Positions 26,166-35,701 of a stretch of 62,761 nt of DNA are shown here, one piece after another. The notes under the pieces were generated by a model, which was not told the DNA's origin, searched no databases, and saw nothing but the letters and a program-made list of their open reading frames with translations. How positions within the stretch are numbered: position 1 is the stretch's first letter; each line of letters starts with the position of its first letter. The stretch lies in assembly GCA_001563335.1 (NCBI GenBank), contig LRSL01000001.1, positions 1 through 62,761 on the forward strand. The letters are read 5' to 3'. This DNA is from Candidatus Thorarchaeota archaeon SMTZ1-45. GTDB lineage: Archaea; Asgardarchaeota; Thorarchaeia; Thorarchaeales; Thorarchaeaceae. Both the position numbers and the translations under genes were made by a program.

Positions 26166-28019
26166 TCATCGTCTTTTAAGCAAATAGATAGCCATCACAA
26201 CCATAACTACTCCTCCAACAACTGCAACCATAATCATCGTGATATTTGGTCTACTTATTGTGAACACAGAGTCTGAAACATCCCATGACGTTATACCAGC
26301 CTCACTTCTAGCTACAACACGAATGAGATACTGATCTCCATCTGGAACCCCACTTATATCCCAAACAAGTGTTGTATCTTCAAAATAACTAATTAACTCA
26401 GACCATGTTTCCCCAGCATCTTGAGAATAGTAGACTGTATAGGTGACTGGAAGCCCCCAAGATTCAACAGCCTCATTCCATCTTATATCATAAGTTCCAA
26501 AAATCGTTTCTCCTCCATTTGGTGCGAGAATGGTGGGATTTGACAATGTGTGACTTTTAACCTCATATTCAGCACCCGTGATGTATTCTGAACTCAAACC
26601 ATCTATGCATTGAGCAACTATCTTGAATCTATATTCGTCACTCTCTGGGAATTCGGACGCGAGCCAGACCAGACTTGTTTCACTGAGGTGATGTGCCACT
26701 TCACTCCAATGAAATCCTCCATCAGCAGAAATCGATACATTGTACATCACGTCATGTCCAAATGTATCGCTAGAAACACTCCAGATAATCTGCGTCATTC
26801 CCCAGAATTTCTCTCCAGCTAGAGTTTCATTGGGATAGATGAGTCTTGGTTTTGTTAGGATGTGCATTAGATATGTCTGGAAGACTTTGACATGTGGTTC
26901 TGAATCATACTTCTCACCACTATAGGGATATGGTCTATCAACGATATCATCCTCATCTTCATCTGGCCACGTCCACACGTCATAATAGTTACCTTGGACT
27001 TGATTGTTTGAACCTACATCAACAAGATATGTAGCAAATTCAGAAAATGCCAAGTTATTCTCAATGAAATTGTTATATTCTATATAGTTACCATCAGATT
27101 GACAACGAAGTCCTTGGAGCTGGCTTCTATAGAAGGTGTTAGTGATTATATCTGTAGAATCACCAGAAACATCCAGAGAGTATGAACCACTCTCAAATAG
27201 CACATTATCTATAACGGAGCAGTTAAACGACACCTCAATTGAGATACCATCCGCTAAGCTGTAGCCCACAAGATTCTCTACCAATATACATTCATGTGAG
27301 TTTCCAAGTTTAATACCACTCGTTCCACTTGTAATCACATTGAGTGTTATATTGTTCTCAGAGGAGTCTCGTAGACGAATGCCATCATGTAGGACTTCAT
27401 TCACAGTATTTTGAGTGATAGAGCAATTATTAGAATAGTCTGCAAGAATACCCCAACCGTTCACAACATCAATTGTGTTGTTTGAATATTCACAATAATC
27501 TGAACTGAAAGAGTAGAGTCCTGCAGAATCCACACCGATGATATTATACACTGTATTGTTTGTCACCTTAACGCCATTTGACTCACCCACAACTAACCCA
27601 TGACCATTTGTATCTTGAATTGTGTTGTTCCAGATAGTAGCATGAGTCAAATTCTCTAGAATAATTCCTGCCGTTCCACTAATTATTAGACATCCTCTAA
27701 TCTCAAAGAATACAGTTGTATTTCCGATATGAATCGCGAAGGTCCCTGTGGTTGTGATATTTACCCCCTCGATGATATATGGATTACTAACTGAACCGTT
27801 ACCGTCCCATAAGTTTGCTATTGCCTGATTTGCAAAGTCAATGTCATTAGAGATTACAATGGGAAGGCTTTCCTCATACGAACCTTCACTAGGGATCAGG
27901 ATATTTGGTATTCCTTGATTATCGCTGTCAAATCCCCCATCAACACAATACTTTGTCACAGTAATTGGACACAGGATAAGCAGACTAATGCAAAATAGAA
28001 CCACTCTCTTTCCTTTCAT
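26166..28019 (-). CDS. secreted NosD/CASH beta-helix protein with two Ig/FN3-like modules and a C-terminal membrane anchor
   Basis: Signal peptide, WDGNGSVSNPYIIEG, Asn-rich parallel beta-helix repeats, PNGGE module, TM followed by KRR. Confidence 0.8.
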   Translation of the reverse strand: MKGKRVVLFCISLLILCPITVTKYCVDGGFDSDNQGIPNILIPSEGSYEESLPIVISNDIDFANQAIANLWDGNGSVSNPYIIEGVNITTTGTFAIHIGNTTVFFEIRGCLIISGTAGIILENLTHATIWNNTIQDTNGHGLVVGESNGVKVTNNTVYNIIGVDSAGLYSFSSDYCEYSNNTIDVVNGWGILADYSNNCSITQNTVNEVLHDGIRLRDSSENNITLNVITSGTSGIKLGNSHECILVENLVGYSLADGISIEVSFNCSVIDNVLFESGSYSLDVSGDSTDIITNTFYRSQLQGLRCQSDGNYIEYNNFIENNLAFSEFATYLVDVGSNNQVQGNYYDVWTWPDEDEDDIVDRPYPYSGEKYDSEPHVKVFQTYLMHILTKPRLIYPNETLAGEKFWGMTQIIWSVSSDTFGHDVMYNVSISADGGFHWSEVAHHLSETSLVWLASEFPESDEYRFKIVAQCIDGLSSEYITGAEYEVKSHTLSNPTILAPNGGETIFGTYDIRWNEAVESWGLPVTYTVYYSQDAGETWSELISYFEDTTLVWDISGVPDGDQYLIRVVARSEAGITSWDVSDSVFTISRPNITMIMVAVVGGVVMVVMAIYLLKRR

Positions 28020-28055
28020 CTGTTATCAGACCTCTTCGCATCGTTTTCAGGGTGG

Positions 28056-29936
28056 TCAAGTTTCGCCAGTACTTCTCTTCTTGAAAAGAATCACCAAAAT
28101 TACTACAGCTGCAATAACTGCAATCCCACCACTTGCAAATCCTATGAGTCCCGTGTCTATTACAGGAGCTGTGGTGGGTGTGGTTGGTGTTGTAGATGTA
28201 GTCGTATGTTGAATTGAGAACGTCACAGATATTGCTTCTGATGTAACCCCTCCATCTGCAGAAGCAATAACCTTGACAACATAGTTGTCCCCATTTGCTA
28301 ATTCTTCAATATCCCATTGATAGCTATTACCAGTTAATCCAAAAGTGATGTCGCTCCAACTGGACCCGCCATTCGATGAGTAATGCAATGAGTAGCTGAC
28401 ACTATATCCCCACGAATCTACAGCCACATCCCACTGAATGTTCAGGCTTGTTTCGAATGGACCTGAATTGTCTGGCGAAGTTATTGTTGGGTCCGTCAGG
28501 ATGTGTGCTATCAGAGAAAACTCACCATCAGACTCGTCTGAAACGCTTAATCCTTCTGAACACTTAGCAATCACTCTGACAAGATAATGAGTAGTCTTCA
28601 ACTCAGAGGATGTGTCCCATTCATATTGAGTAGAAGTGATATTTCCAGCAATCTTTGTCCAATCAGCTCCGGAATTGTGAGAATAATAGATTGAATAATT
28701 AACTGGATGGTCTCTTGAGTCATAACATGTAGACCATTCGACAACAACCGAGTCAGTAATTGCTTCACCACCATTTGGGTGCAAAAGAGTCACAGGTGTC
28801 AGATAATGAAACTCTGGTGGATTTGCAGGATGGGTTAATGGATATGGATCATTGTTCATGACTGCTCCTTCCAGTAAATATGGAATGTCCACGATATTGT
28901 CAAAATCGTCATCAGGAGTTGTCCAATCACTCCAGTAGTTGTACAGAACATTCTCTGAAGCTCCATCGAATGCCTGTGATGTTCCTCCCATATTATTACC
29001 GATGAATGTGTTCCACTTTATTGTATTATTACCTGAATTGAGTTCCGCATAGAATCCATGTTCTGTACAATTGCTAATTGTATTGTTCAAAATGTTGTTA
29101 TCATACGCCAAATGCGAAATATGAATCCCACATGTGTTCGGGTTTAAATCATCCGGGTCAAAGATACGATTGAAATTTATCTCATTCGAGGATGAATGAT
29201 TGGATATCCACATTGCGTTGTCGTTTCCGAACAAAGTGTTTCCAATGACATCACTATTATTGGTATTTCTCAACCAAATTCCCAATTCATCATCATAGAT
29301 TATGTTGTTCCATATTTCAAGCCCTATGGAAGAGTTAGCCCATATGCCATTGTATGTATTATGATAGACCTCATTATGATAGACTCGTACGCTGCCTGAA
29401 GAATTAACTCTGATTCCACTCTCTGACGAATCCCAAATCTTGTTATTTGCAATTTCTATCTCCTGACAGTCCGAATCCAAGAATATTCCATGTCTATTGT
29501 TGACTATATTGTTATTGAAGATCTGACCATTCTTCGCATTTCGTATATAGATGGCATCAAGGGATCCAATAATACTGTCAAGATAGTTGTCCTGAATCAC
29601 GAAGAACGCTTCTGTGTTTTCAATCACTATCAGCTCAAAGTTGCTGTCTGTGATATTATACCCTTCAATCCTATATGGAGTATTCTCATCTCCTGTTCCA
29701 GGAAATCCATAACTACTGAAATCGCTGTCACTATCGATAAAAATGGGTCCTCTATTTGTATATGCACTCTGGTACCCTGTTCCTCTAATTGTTATCTGAG
29801 AGCTTTCTACTACTTGTGGTGCAAATTCAGGTACTCCTGCTATTATGCAATATGTTGCAGTAGAGAATAGCAGAGCCAGACCAATCCAAGCATACCTTCT
29901 CAAACCGAATCTCCCTCTAATGATTAGAATATACAT
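28056..29936 (-). CDS. secreted NosD/CASH beta-helix protein, tandem paralog of 26166-28019
   Basis: FPGTGDENTPYRIEG, beta-helix, two PNGGE-type modules, Thr-rich linker, TM followed by KKR. Confidence 0.8.
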   Translation of the reverse strand: MYILIIRGRFGLRRYAWIGLALLFSTATYCIIAGVPEFAPQVVESSQITIRGTGYQSAYTNRGPIFIDSDSDFSSYGFPGTGDENTPYRIEGYNITDSNFELIVIENTEAFFVIQDNYLDSIIGSLDAIYIRNAKNGQIFNNNIVNNRHGIFLDSDCQEIEIANNKIWDSSESGIRVNSSGSVRVYHNEVYHNTYNGIWANSSIGLEIWNNIIYDDELGIWLRNTNNSDVIGNTLFGNDNAMWISNHSSSNEINFNRIFDPDDLNPNTCGIHISHLAYDNNILNNTISNCTEHGFYAELNSGNNTIKWNTFIGNNMGGTSQAFDGASENVLYNYWSDWTTPDDDFDNIVDIPYLLEGAVMNNDPYPLTHPANPPEFHYLTPVTLLHPNGGEAITDSVVVEWSTCYDSRDHPVNYSIYYSHNSGADWTKIAGNITSTQYEWDTSSELKTTHYLVRVIAKCSEGLSVSDESDGEFSLIAHILTDPTITSPDNSGPFETSLNIQWDVAVDSWGYSVSYSLHYSSNGGSSWSDITFGLTGNSYQWDIEELANGDNYVVKVIASADGGVTSEAISVTFSIQHTTTSTTPTTPTTAPVIDTGLIGFASGGIAVIAAVVILVILFKKRSTGET

Positions 29937-30129
29937 AATATCTCATTGAATCTTTAAAGTTTGACGAATCTTGAAAATCTCTCACAAATCAGTTGACTTT
30001 GATACTGATCGCCTCTTTATTTGGAGTCTATGCTAAGAATCAGATACCAAAATCACTATATTGGGCCCAAATATTGCGTTCGAAATCACCCTTGGCATCA
30101 TTGAGTGCATTTTGGGATGTAGAACATCG

Positions 30130-30360
30130 ATGACCTCCGACTGCCCTGATGGATTATGTAAGCTAAAGATTCAAGCTATTGATCGTGCCATTGGACATCA
30201 TAAAAATGAGTGGTCTGTCCTTCTAAATTCATCAAAAGAGAGCAAGGATGTTGAGCATGCTCTTCGTTTCTGCAAGATGTTTCACCTGGAGTCAAAGGTC
30301 AAAATCGATGGCGAGGACTATATTGTCCTGGTAAAGAATGAGCTGATACGACTTCTCTAG
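30130..30360 (+). CDS. small hypothetical protein, possibly TusA/SirA-like fold
   Basis: ATG 30130 gives MTSDCPDGLC...DVEHAL.FC...DGEDYIVLVK; size and CP motif resemble TusA. Confidence 0.35.
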   Translation: MTSDCPDGLCKLKIQAIDRAIGHHKNEWSVLLNSSKESKDVEHALRFCKMFHLESKVKIDGEDYIVLVKNELIRLL

Positions 30361-30369
30361 AGATTGCTG

Positions 30370-30552
30370 CTATCGTTTTCTAACATATATGACGACGATT
30401 GCCATAACCACGAATCCTATTACGCCGCTCACTACGACTCCTTCTAATGGAAGACCTAAGCTGTTCGACCGTGGTATTGTCGGCCATGTGGTTAGGTTGC
30501 AAACATTTGGAGTGGAAGCAATCAACCACTTTGTGATGGTGAGCAAATCCAA
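30370..30552 (-). pseudogene. orphan C-terminal membrane-anchor fragment, likely a remnant of a surface-protein gene
   Basis: 60-aa TTG-started ORF that is essentially linker, TM and RKR, like the tails of the neighbouring NosD proteins. Confidence 0.35.
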
Positions 30553-30593
30553 TAAATGAAAAAAACTTGATTCTTTCGGACCTATCGTTTGAA

Positions 30594-32480
30594 CTAGTTC
30601 AAACGAGCATTCTCTCTCTGGTGATTTATGATGAGTGCGGTTGAAACCAATATTATGGCGGAGGAACCAATCGATACACCAAATGTAACCAGATTGAATA
30701 AATCAAAAGTCATTGGCTCACCATTTGAAGGGGTCGTAGAAGTTTGAGGGCTTGTTTCATTTTCCGGGAGTTCTCTTGCCAGATAATAGTAGTCTGGATT
30801 CTTAATCATCTCATAGGTTGAATGATTAAAACTATCCATGATGAATGTACCGCATGTCACACGAGGGTCTTGTGGGTTGAATACAGGGTCCCAAGCTTCC
30901 CACTCCTCATAACCAATTCCATCAAAATCATTGAAAATATGCTTTGGGATTATATAGCGTGTCGCACGATCGAATATATGCCAATAGGACACAGTGTTGT
31001 ACTCAAAGACAACTCTTGTCGGTGTCGGAGCATATGCAGCTACAAGTTCTTCCATATTTCGCCCTGCTGGGTTTCCATAGACTCCGCTCTCAAGTTCGTA
31101 GTTAGTCGTGAATGCTACATCTCCAGCGGTTAAGGGCACTCCATCTGACCATGTTGCGTTTGAGATAATGTCCACTGTAATGCGTGTATATCCTTCAGGA
31201 ACCGCTGAATTGTCTGCATGAGTTTCGCTAATTATACTGGTGGCTAGATTGGGAATGAACTCAAGGTTTGGACCAATAGTGAATAGTGTTGGCCAGAGAT
31301 TCTCGAAGAATGGTTTAGAAAACTGATAATCTGCAGTATAGATGTTGAAGTTGCGCATCAAATAGAGAGATCCAATGTGAACAGTGCCACCAGAACTTCC
31401 TGTATTACTTCGCATATTGCACAAGGACCAGATGCCAGACACACCTCGGATGACATCCCCTATGTGTCCTTCAAAGGTGTCAGTTCGATATGGCTGTAAG
31501 AGTGTTTTTGGACAGATGACTAGTCTTGGAACATTATGATGAATTATCCTCTGTATCTGAGCTGCAGCCTCATAAACCGAATCATAGTTTAATCCATGTA
31601 GCATCTCGTCTAGATACAGGTCATAAGTTGCGTTGCTGAATGAGAAGGTGGGTTTCCAGTAAGTTGGATCAACAACAGCGAACTCACTCCAAGTTTTATT
31701 ACTCAACCAATCAACATTGTTAGTATAGAAGTTTGCATCACGAACTAACATGTCAGGATATGATTTTGGCAAAAGATTAGCAACTACGAAAAATGGACCT
31801 GAATATGCGAAGACATGAAGCTCATTCAAAGCATCTACAGCAACTTGTGCCATGATTTCATCAATCTCGGATTGGCCCCAATAATAACTAACTTCTATTC
31901 CAAAGGATTCTCCATTAGGTCCTCTTCTATATCCTGTAGTCGTGTCTACCTCGAAACCAATGTCATCAAGAATCTGATTTCCTATGTCAGCCTGATTTGT
32001 GTAGTAATGTGGTTCTAATTCGTTCTCAATGCAGAAACTGCTTGTGGGAGGTACTATGGAGTCATGCACATTGGAAAGACCCTGCATTATTTCAGTTATT
32101 ACTCTCGTCTTATCAAATGCATATGCAAAGGCTCTTCGGAAGTCACTTATGTTCAATGGATACCTCCAACAATTGAGATCAATACACCAATAACCATTTC
32201 CGGATGTCTGAATGAACTCTATATATGGATCCTCAACTTCAAATGTTGGAGAACGCCATAAATTGATTGGATCTAGAATTAGATCAATTTCTCCAGTTTG
32301 AAGATAATACACCAGATTATCATAGTTTCCAACACTTCTGTACACAACTTTGTCAACATAGGGGCCTCTTAGGACATTGTCGCTAGTAAGTGTAATCTGT
32401 GATGCATTTGTGCTCATAGGAAATGTTAGAAAGACGGTGATGACTAATACTGCTACACCGAATCTTCTGTATCTCCTCAA
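30594..32480 (-). CDS. ABC transporter peptide-binding protein (family 5, DppA/OppA-like), membrane-anchored
   Basis: GPYVDKVVY, FRRAFAYAFDK, IPNLA, ATWSDGVPLTAGDVAFT; signal peptide and C-terminal TM. Confidence 0.85.
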   Translation of the reverse strand: MRRYRRFGVAVLVITVFLTFPMSTNASQITLTSDNVLRGPYVDKVVYRSVGNYDNLVYYLQTGEIDLILDPINLWRSPTFEVEDPYIEFIQTSGNGYWCIDLNCWRYPLNISDFRRAFAYAFDKTRVITEIMQGLSNVHDSIVPPTSSFCIENELEPHYYTNQADIGNQILDDIGFEVDTTTGYRRGPNGESFGIEVSYYWGQSEIDEIMAQVAVDALNELHVFAYSGPFFVVANLLPKSYPDMLVRDANFYTNNVDWLSNKTWSEFAVVDPTYWKPTFSFSNATYDLYLDEMLHGLNYDSVYEAAAQIQRIIHHNVPRLVICPKTLLQPYRTDTFEGHIGDVIRGVSGIWSLCNMRSNTGSSGGTVHIGSLYLMRNFNIYTADYQFSKPFFENLWPTLFTIGPNLEFIPNLATSIISETHADNSAVPEGYTRITVDIISNATWSDGVPLTAGDVAFTTNYELESGVYGNPAGRNMEELVAAYAPTPTRVVFEYNTVSYWHIFDRATRYIIPKHIFNDFDGIGYEEWEAWDPVFNPQDPRVTCGTFIMDSFNHSTYEMIKNPDYYYLARELPENETSPQTSTTPSNGEPMTFDLFNLVTFGVSIGSSAIILVSTALIINHQRENARLN

Positions 32481-32557
32481 GAATGACCACTAGCTACTTA
32501 TTGCTACCAAATCTCAATACTCTTCCGATTGAAGAAAGGTGGATCAAGTTCCAAGAG

Positions 32558-33424
32558 TTATTCATAATCGTAGAATGAAGGTTCATCCTCAATAAATTCG
32601 CTTGGAAGTCCTAGATATTCAAAAAGCCTCTGAACTGCAATACAAGCGAATTTCTCTGTTGAATAGTGAGTAGCGGCAATAACGTTGATTTTATGCTCTT
32701 GACATATTTGATGAAACCTCAGAGATGGTTCATAACTCTGTGACTTCATCGTGACGCCTGTGATGTAGGTCTTAACACCAGCTTCACCAAGCTCCTCCGC
32801 AATCTCGGGATAGTTGCCTCCCCCTGCGACGAGGGCTACCTTCTGATTGGTTATCTCTGGTGCGCCATAATTCCAGACCTTCAATCTGTGACCCACAAGG
32901 TTCTCAATCTTTCCAGCAATCTCGGACACAGTCTTGTATTCTGTCCGCCCGATGATGCCAACCTTGACACCGTGATAGTCGAAGAACTCCCTCTCAGTTT
33001 CAATCCCAACCGCTTTCACGAAGGATGCTGTTGTACTGTATGGGCCATTACGGTCAAGTGGTACATGTATACAATAGTGTGCAATCGCCTGTTCCCTAAG
33101 TCTTTCAAGATAATCCCTAGGTATGTTCTTGAATGGAAAATTTCCAGTACTGTGGTCCCATATCATAGGATGATGAGTGAAAAGAAGGACTTCTCTATCT
33201 CCAGAAGACAGAATTTTGTCAAGCACTCGCTCACTGGGGAACACAGCTGTGTAGACCCTCCTGATTTCATTTGCATTGTCCAACACAAGTCCCATCCGCG
33301 ATTGACTGAAACTCTCAGTCATGTAGTCACCGAGGTCTAATAGACTCCATTCGTCCTCTTGGAGTCTATGAAGTTCAAACTCTTTGTCCAGACTCTCATA
33401 CAACTTCGCTGCTTTCATATTCAT
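32558..33424 (-). CDS. NIF3-like dinuclear metal protein (GTP cyclohydrolase 1 type 2 family)
   Basis: FTHHP, HVPLD, YITG, ATHYSTEK. Confidence 0.88.
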   Translation of the reverse strand: MNMKAAKLYESLDKEFELHRLQEDEWSLLDLGDYMTESFSQSRMGLVLDNANEIRRVYTAVFPSERVLDKILSSGDREVLLFTHHPMIWDHSTGNFPFKNIPRDYLERLREQAIAHYCIHVPLDRNGPYSTTASFVKAVGIETEREFFDYHGVKVGIIGRTEYKTVSEIAGKIENLVGHRLKVWNYGAPEITNQKVALVAGGGNYPEIAEELGEAGVKTYITGVTMKSQSYEPSLRFHQICQEHKINVIAATHYSTEKFACIAVQRLFEYLGLPSEFIEDEPSFYDYE

Positions 33425-33523
33425 TATCTCCTAACAATCACATGGAGAACACGATTGTCGAATTTTCCTATCCCAGTGCCCCTCAAGAAACCTTCCTTGT
33501 TGAGTATCAAAACTATTCTTGAA

Positions 33524-34552
33524 CTAGAAAAATCGCATTGAATCTAGATCGAGAGCTCCTACCATGGCCTTCAAGAGATTCTCATATGGGGGCCTAGGTT
33601 CTCCTTCCACAATATTAGCTATTGAGTATTCATTGCTTAGTGAGGTGTTTCCTCGTTCCTTTATGTGCTGAATAATGCTATACTTTCGCTCGTTGTAGAT
33701 TCTCTCTGACTCATTCTGATCTCTTCTAATCTCAATGTTGATGTCTACCTCATTGAATACAACCATGTGTCTGAGCATTCTGAGTCTGTTCATGATATAT
33801 GGCAGTCTATTCTCTTCGAAGCCATCCTCAACTTTCAGTTGTAACTTGAGGTCAAATGCACTGGCACTAAGTCCCTCTCTATATGACAAATCGCTAGGTG
33901 CAATCACTCGATTGACAATCCCAAAGGGTATGTAGAATATCAATGGTCTTTTGTTCTTAGGTGAAATCCACCACTCTTCCTTGATTTCATCAGTTATTGT
34001 AGGAGAATAAAGGATGTCTGTTATTAGTACATTCTCAAAAAGAAGGAAATTGCATAACCTGCTTTTCGAAGTTAGCTCTTTGTCAAGTGAACTAGCCCAT
34101 GAACCTATGAATACATCAATAATCTCACCAGTGTTAAACTGCTCTATCAATGAATCATGAATGGTATCAATCACTTTTTCCCTGAATCGTTTTTCAGCAT
34201 CCAAGAGAACATTGGCTGTGACTGACTCAACAATGTCAAACCGCTTCAACCAAGATGATTCTAATACCTCCTTCATCTCGTGTTTCGACGCTTCCTGGAG
34301 TAACTGGTCCGTACCAAGACCATCAAATGCTATTTCTGCAAGAGCGCTGAAAGACTCTTGCCAAATGTGGAGAATACGCAAATAGGACTCCTCATTGAGT
34401 TCATGCCTAAGAACCTTCACGACTTTGTCTATCTTTTCCAAGAGGTCCTCCGATAGGCTCAACTCGTTAAGCAATCCTAGACAATACCTCTCGAAATCGT
34501 CAATTGCCCGGCGCAAACCTTCAACCCCTGCTTCAATTCTACATGAAACCAT
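33524..34552 (-). CDS. hypothetical protein
   Basis: 342-aa ORF filling the gap between recognisable genes; no motif recognised. Confidence 0.6.
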   Translation of the reverse strand: MVSCRIEAGVEGLRRAIDDFERYCLGLLNELSLSEDLLEKIDKVVKVLRHELNEESYLRILHIWQESFSALAEIAFDGLGTDQLLQEASKHEMKEVLESSWLKRFDIVESVTANVLLDAEKRFREKVIDTIHDSLIEQFNTGEIIDVFIGSWASSLDKELTSKSRLCNFLLFENVLITDILYSPTITDEIKEEWWISPKNKRPLIFYIPFGIVNRVIAPSDLSYREGLSASAFDLKLQLKVEDGFEENRLPYIMNRLRMLRHMVVFNEVDINIEIRRDQNESERIYNERKYSIIQHIKERGNTSLSNEYSIANIVEGEPRPPYENLLKAMVGALDLDSMRFF

Positions 34553-34628
34553 TTATACCTGCGCCGAAGAATTTCGAATCAGATATCGCCTTATCCTTTT
34601 CTTTTTTTTTGGAGAAATCTTGAAGAAC

Positions 34629-35624
34629 TCAGAGTTTGGGAACGATATAGTCTTTCAGTATCCTGATGGTATCTAACCCGTTCTTCCGAAGATCACCAAC
34701 CATAGGAAGACCCAGAATGAGAATGTCCGTTTCATTCTTGTATTTGGAGAGTTCCTCCAAAGCTGAATCTATAGTGCCTGAAATATACTTTGAAAGCATA
34801 ACATCTAGGATCTTTGGTTTTCGGTCGTCAGTTATCTCTTCGAACAACCAGTGCTGATTCAAAAGATCCTTCTTCTTCGCTTCAAAATCATTAGCATCCT
34901 CCCCAATTACCGATGTGCAAAGATAAAGAGACCATTTCAATTCATCAAAGTCACGTCCAACCCTGTCACATGCTTCTCTCATGCGATCTTTTTTGGCCAC
35001 GTAATCTTCGGGTGTTTCGGAATCATAGTTCAGTCCATCCGCGTAACGTGCTATTATTTCCTCCATCATCGGAGTCTTCAGCTTCTGATTTCCAACCCAG
35101 ATGGGAATACGGGGTTTCTGTACCGGTTTCGGTAGGAACATGGTTTCTTTGATGCTATAGTATTCTCCCTCAAAGCTTGGTCTATCTTCTGTCCAGAGAA
35201 GATTGATTATCTGAATAGCCTCTCTCAGCTGGAGAATTCTTGTCTTGGTGGAAGGAAATGGGTAGCCATATGCTTCATACTCTGTTTCCTTCCATCCTGC
35301 TCCAATACCAAAGTCTATCCTTCCATACGATGCGTTATCCAAGGTCGCTACAATCTTGGCTAATTGTGCTGGATTTCGATAGGATTGGCATGTGACTACT
35401 GTTCCCAATCGAATGCGTTCTGTCTGTGGAGTTAGTAACGCGAGAAGTGTCCATGCATCATGGGCTTGCTTCTCTACACTATCGGGATTTCCAAAGAAGT
35501 GATCCGAAACCGTGAAGCTATAGAAGTTGGCATCTTCAACAGCCTTTGCAAGAGTCACTATGTCTTCGTAGGTATACCCCATTTGAGGCTCAATTTGGAT
35601 TCCAATCTTCAAACTACCACGCAC
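34629..35624 (-). CDS. LLM-class (probably F420-dependent) oxidoreductase
   Basis: SDHF, RIRLGT.VT...YRNPA.LAK..ATLD..S.GR..FGIGAGW, PKPVQKP.IPIWVG. Confidence 0.9.
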   Translation of the reverse strand: MRGSLKIGIQIEPQMGYTYEDIVTLAKAVEDANFYSFTVSDHFFGNPDSVEKQAHDAWTLLALLTPQTERIRLGTVVTCQSYRNPAQLAKIVATLDNASYGRIDFGIGAGWKETEYEAYGYPFPSTKTRILQLREAIQIINLLWTEDRPSFEGEYYSIKETMFLPKPVQKPRIPIWVGNQKLKTPMMEEIIARYADGLNYDSETPEDYVAKKDRMREACDRVGRDFDELKWSLYLCTSVIGEDANDFEAKKKDLLNQHWLFEEITDDRKPKILDVMLSKYISGTIDSALEELSKYKNETDILILGLPMVGDLRKNGLDTIRILKDYIVPKL

Positions 35625-35701
35625 CTAATGATTAGACTGCCATCACGCGTATAATAACTTGTTATATTTACGTAACAAACACGTAGGTGAGATAGCTGAA
35701 C

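Noticed and set aside
34597-34610. Poly-T tract as a phase-variation site or terminator
   Set aside because: Intergenic and on the wrong strand to terminate the flanking minus-strand genes; no evidence of slippage from a single sequence.
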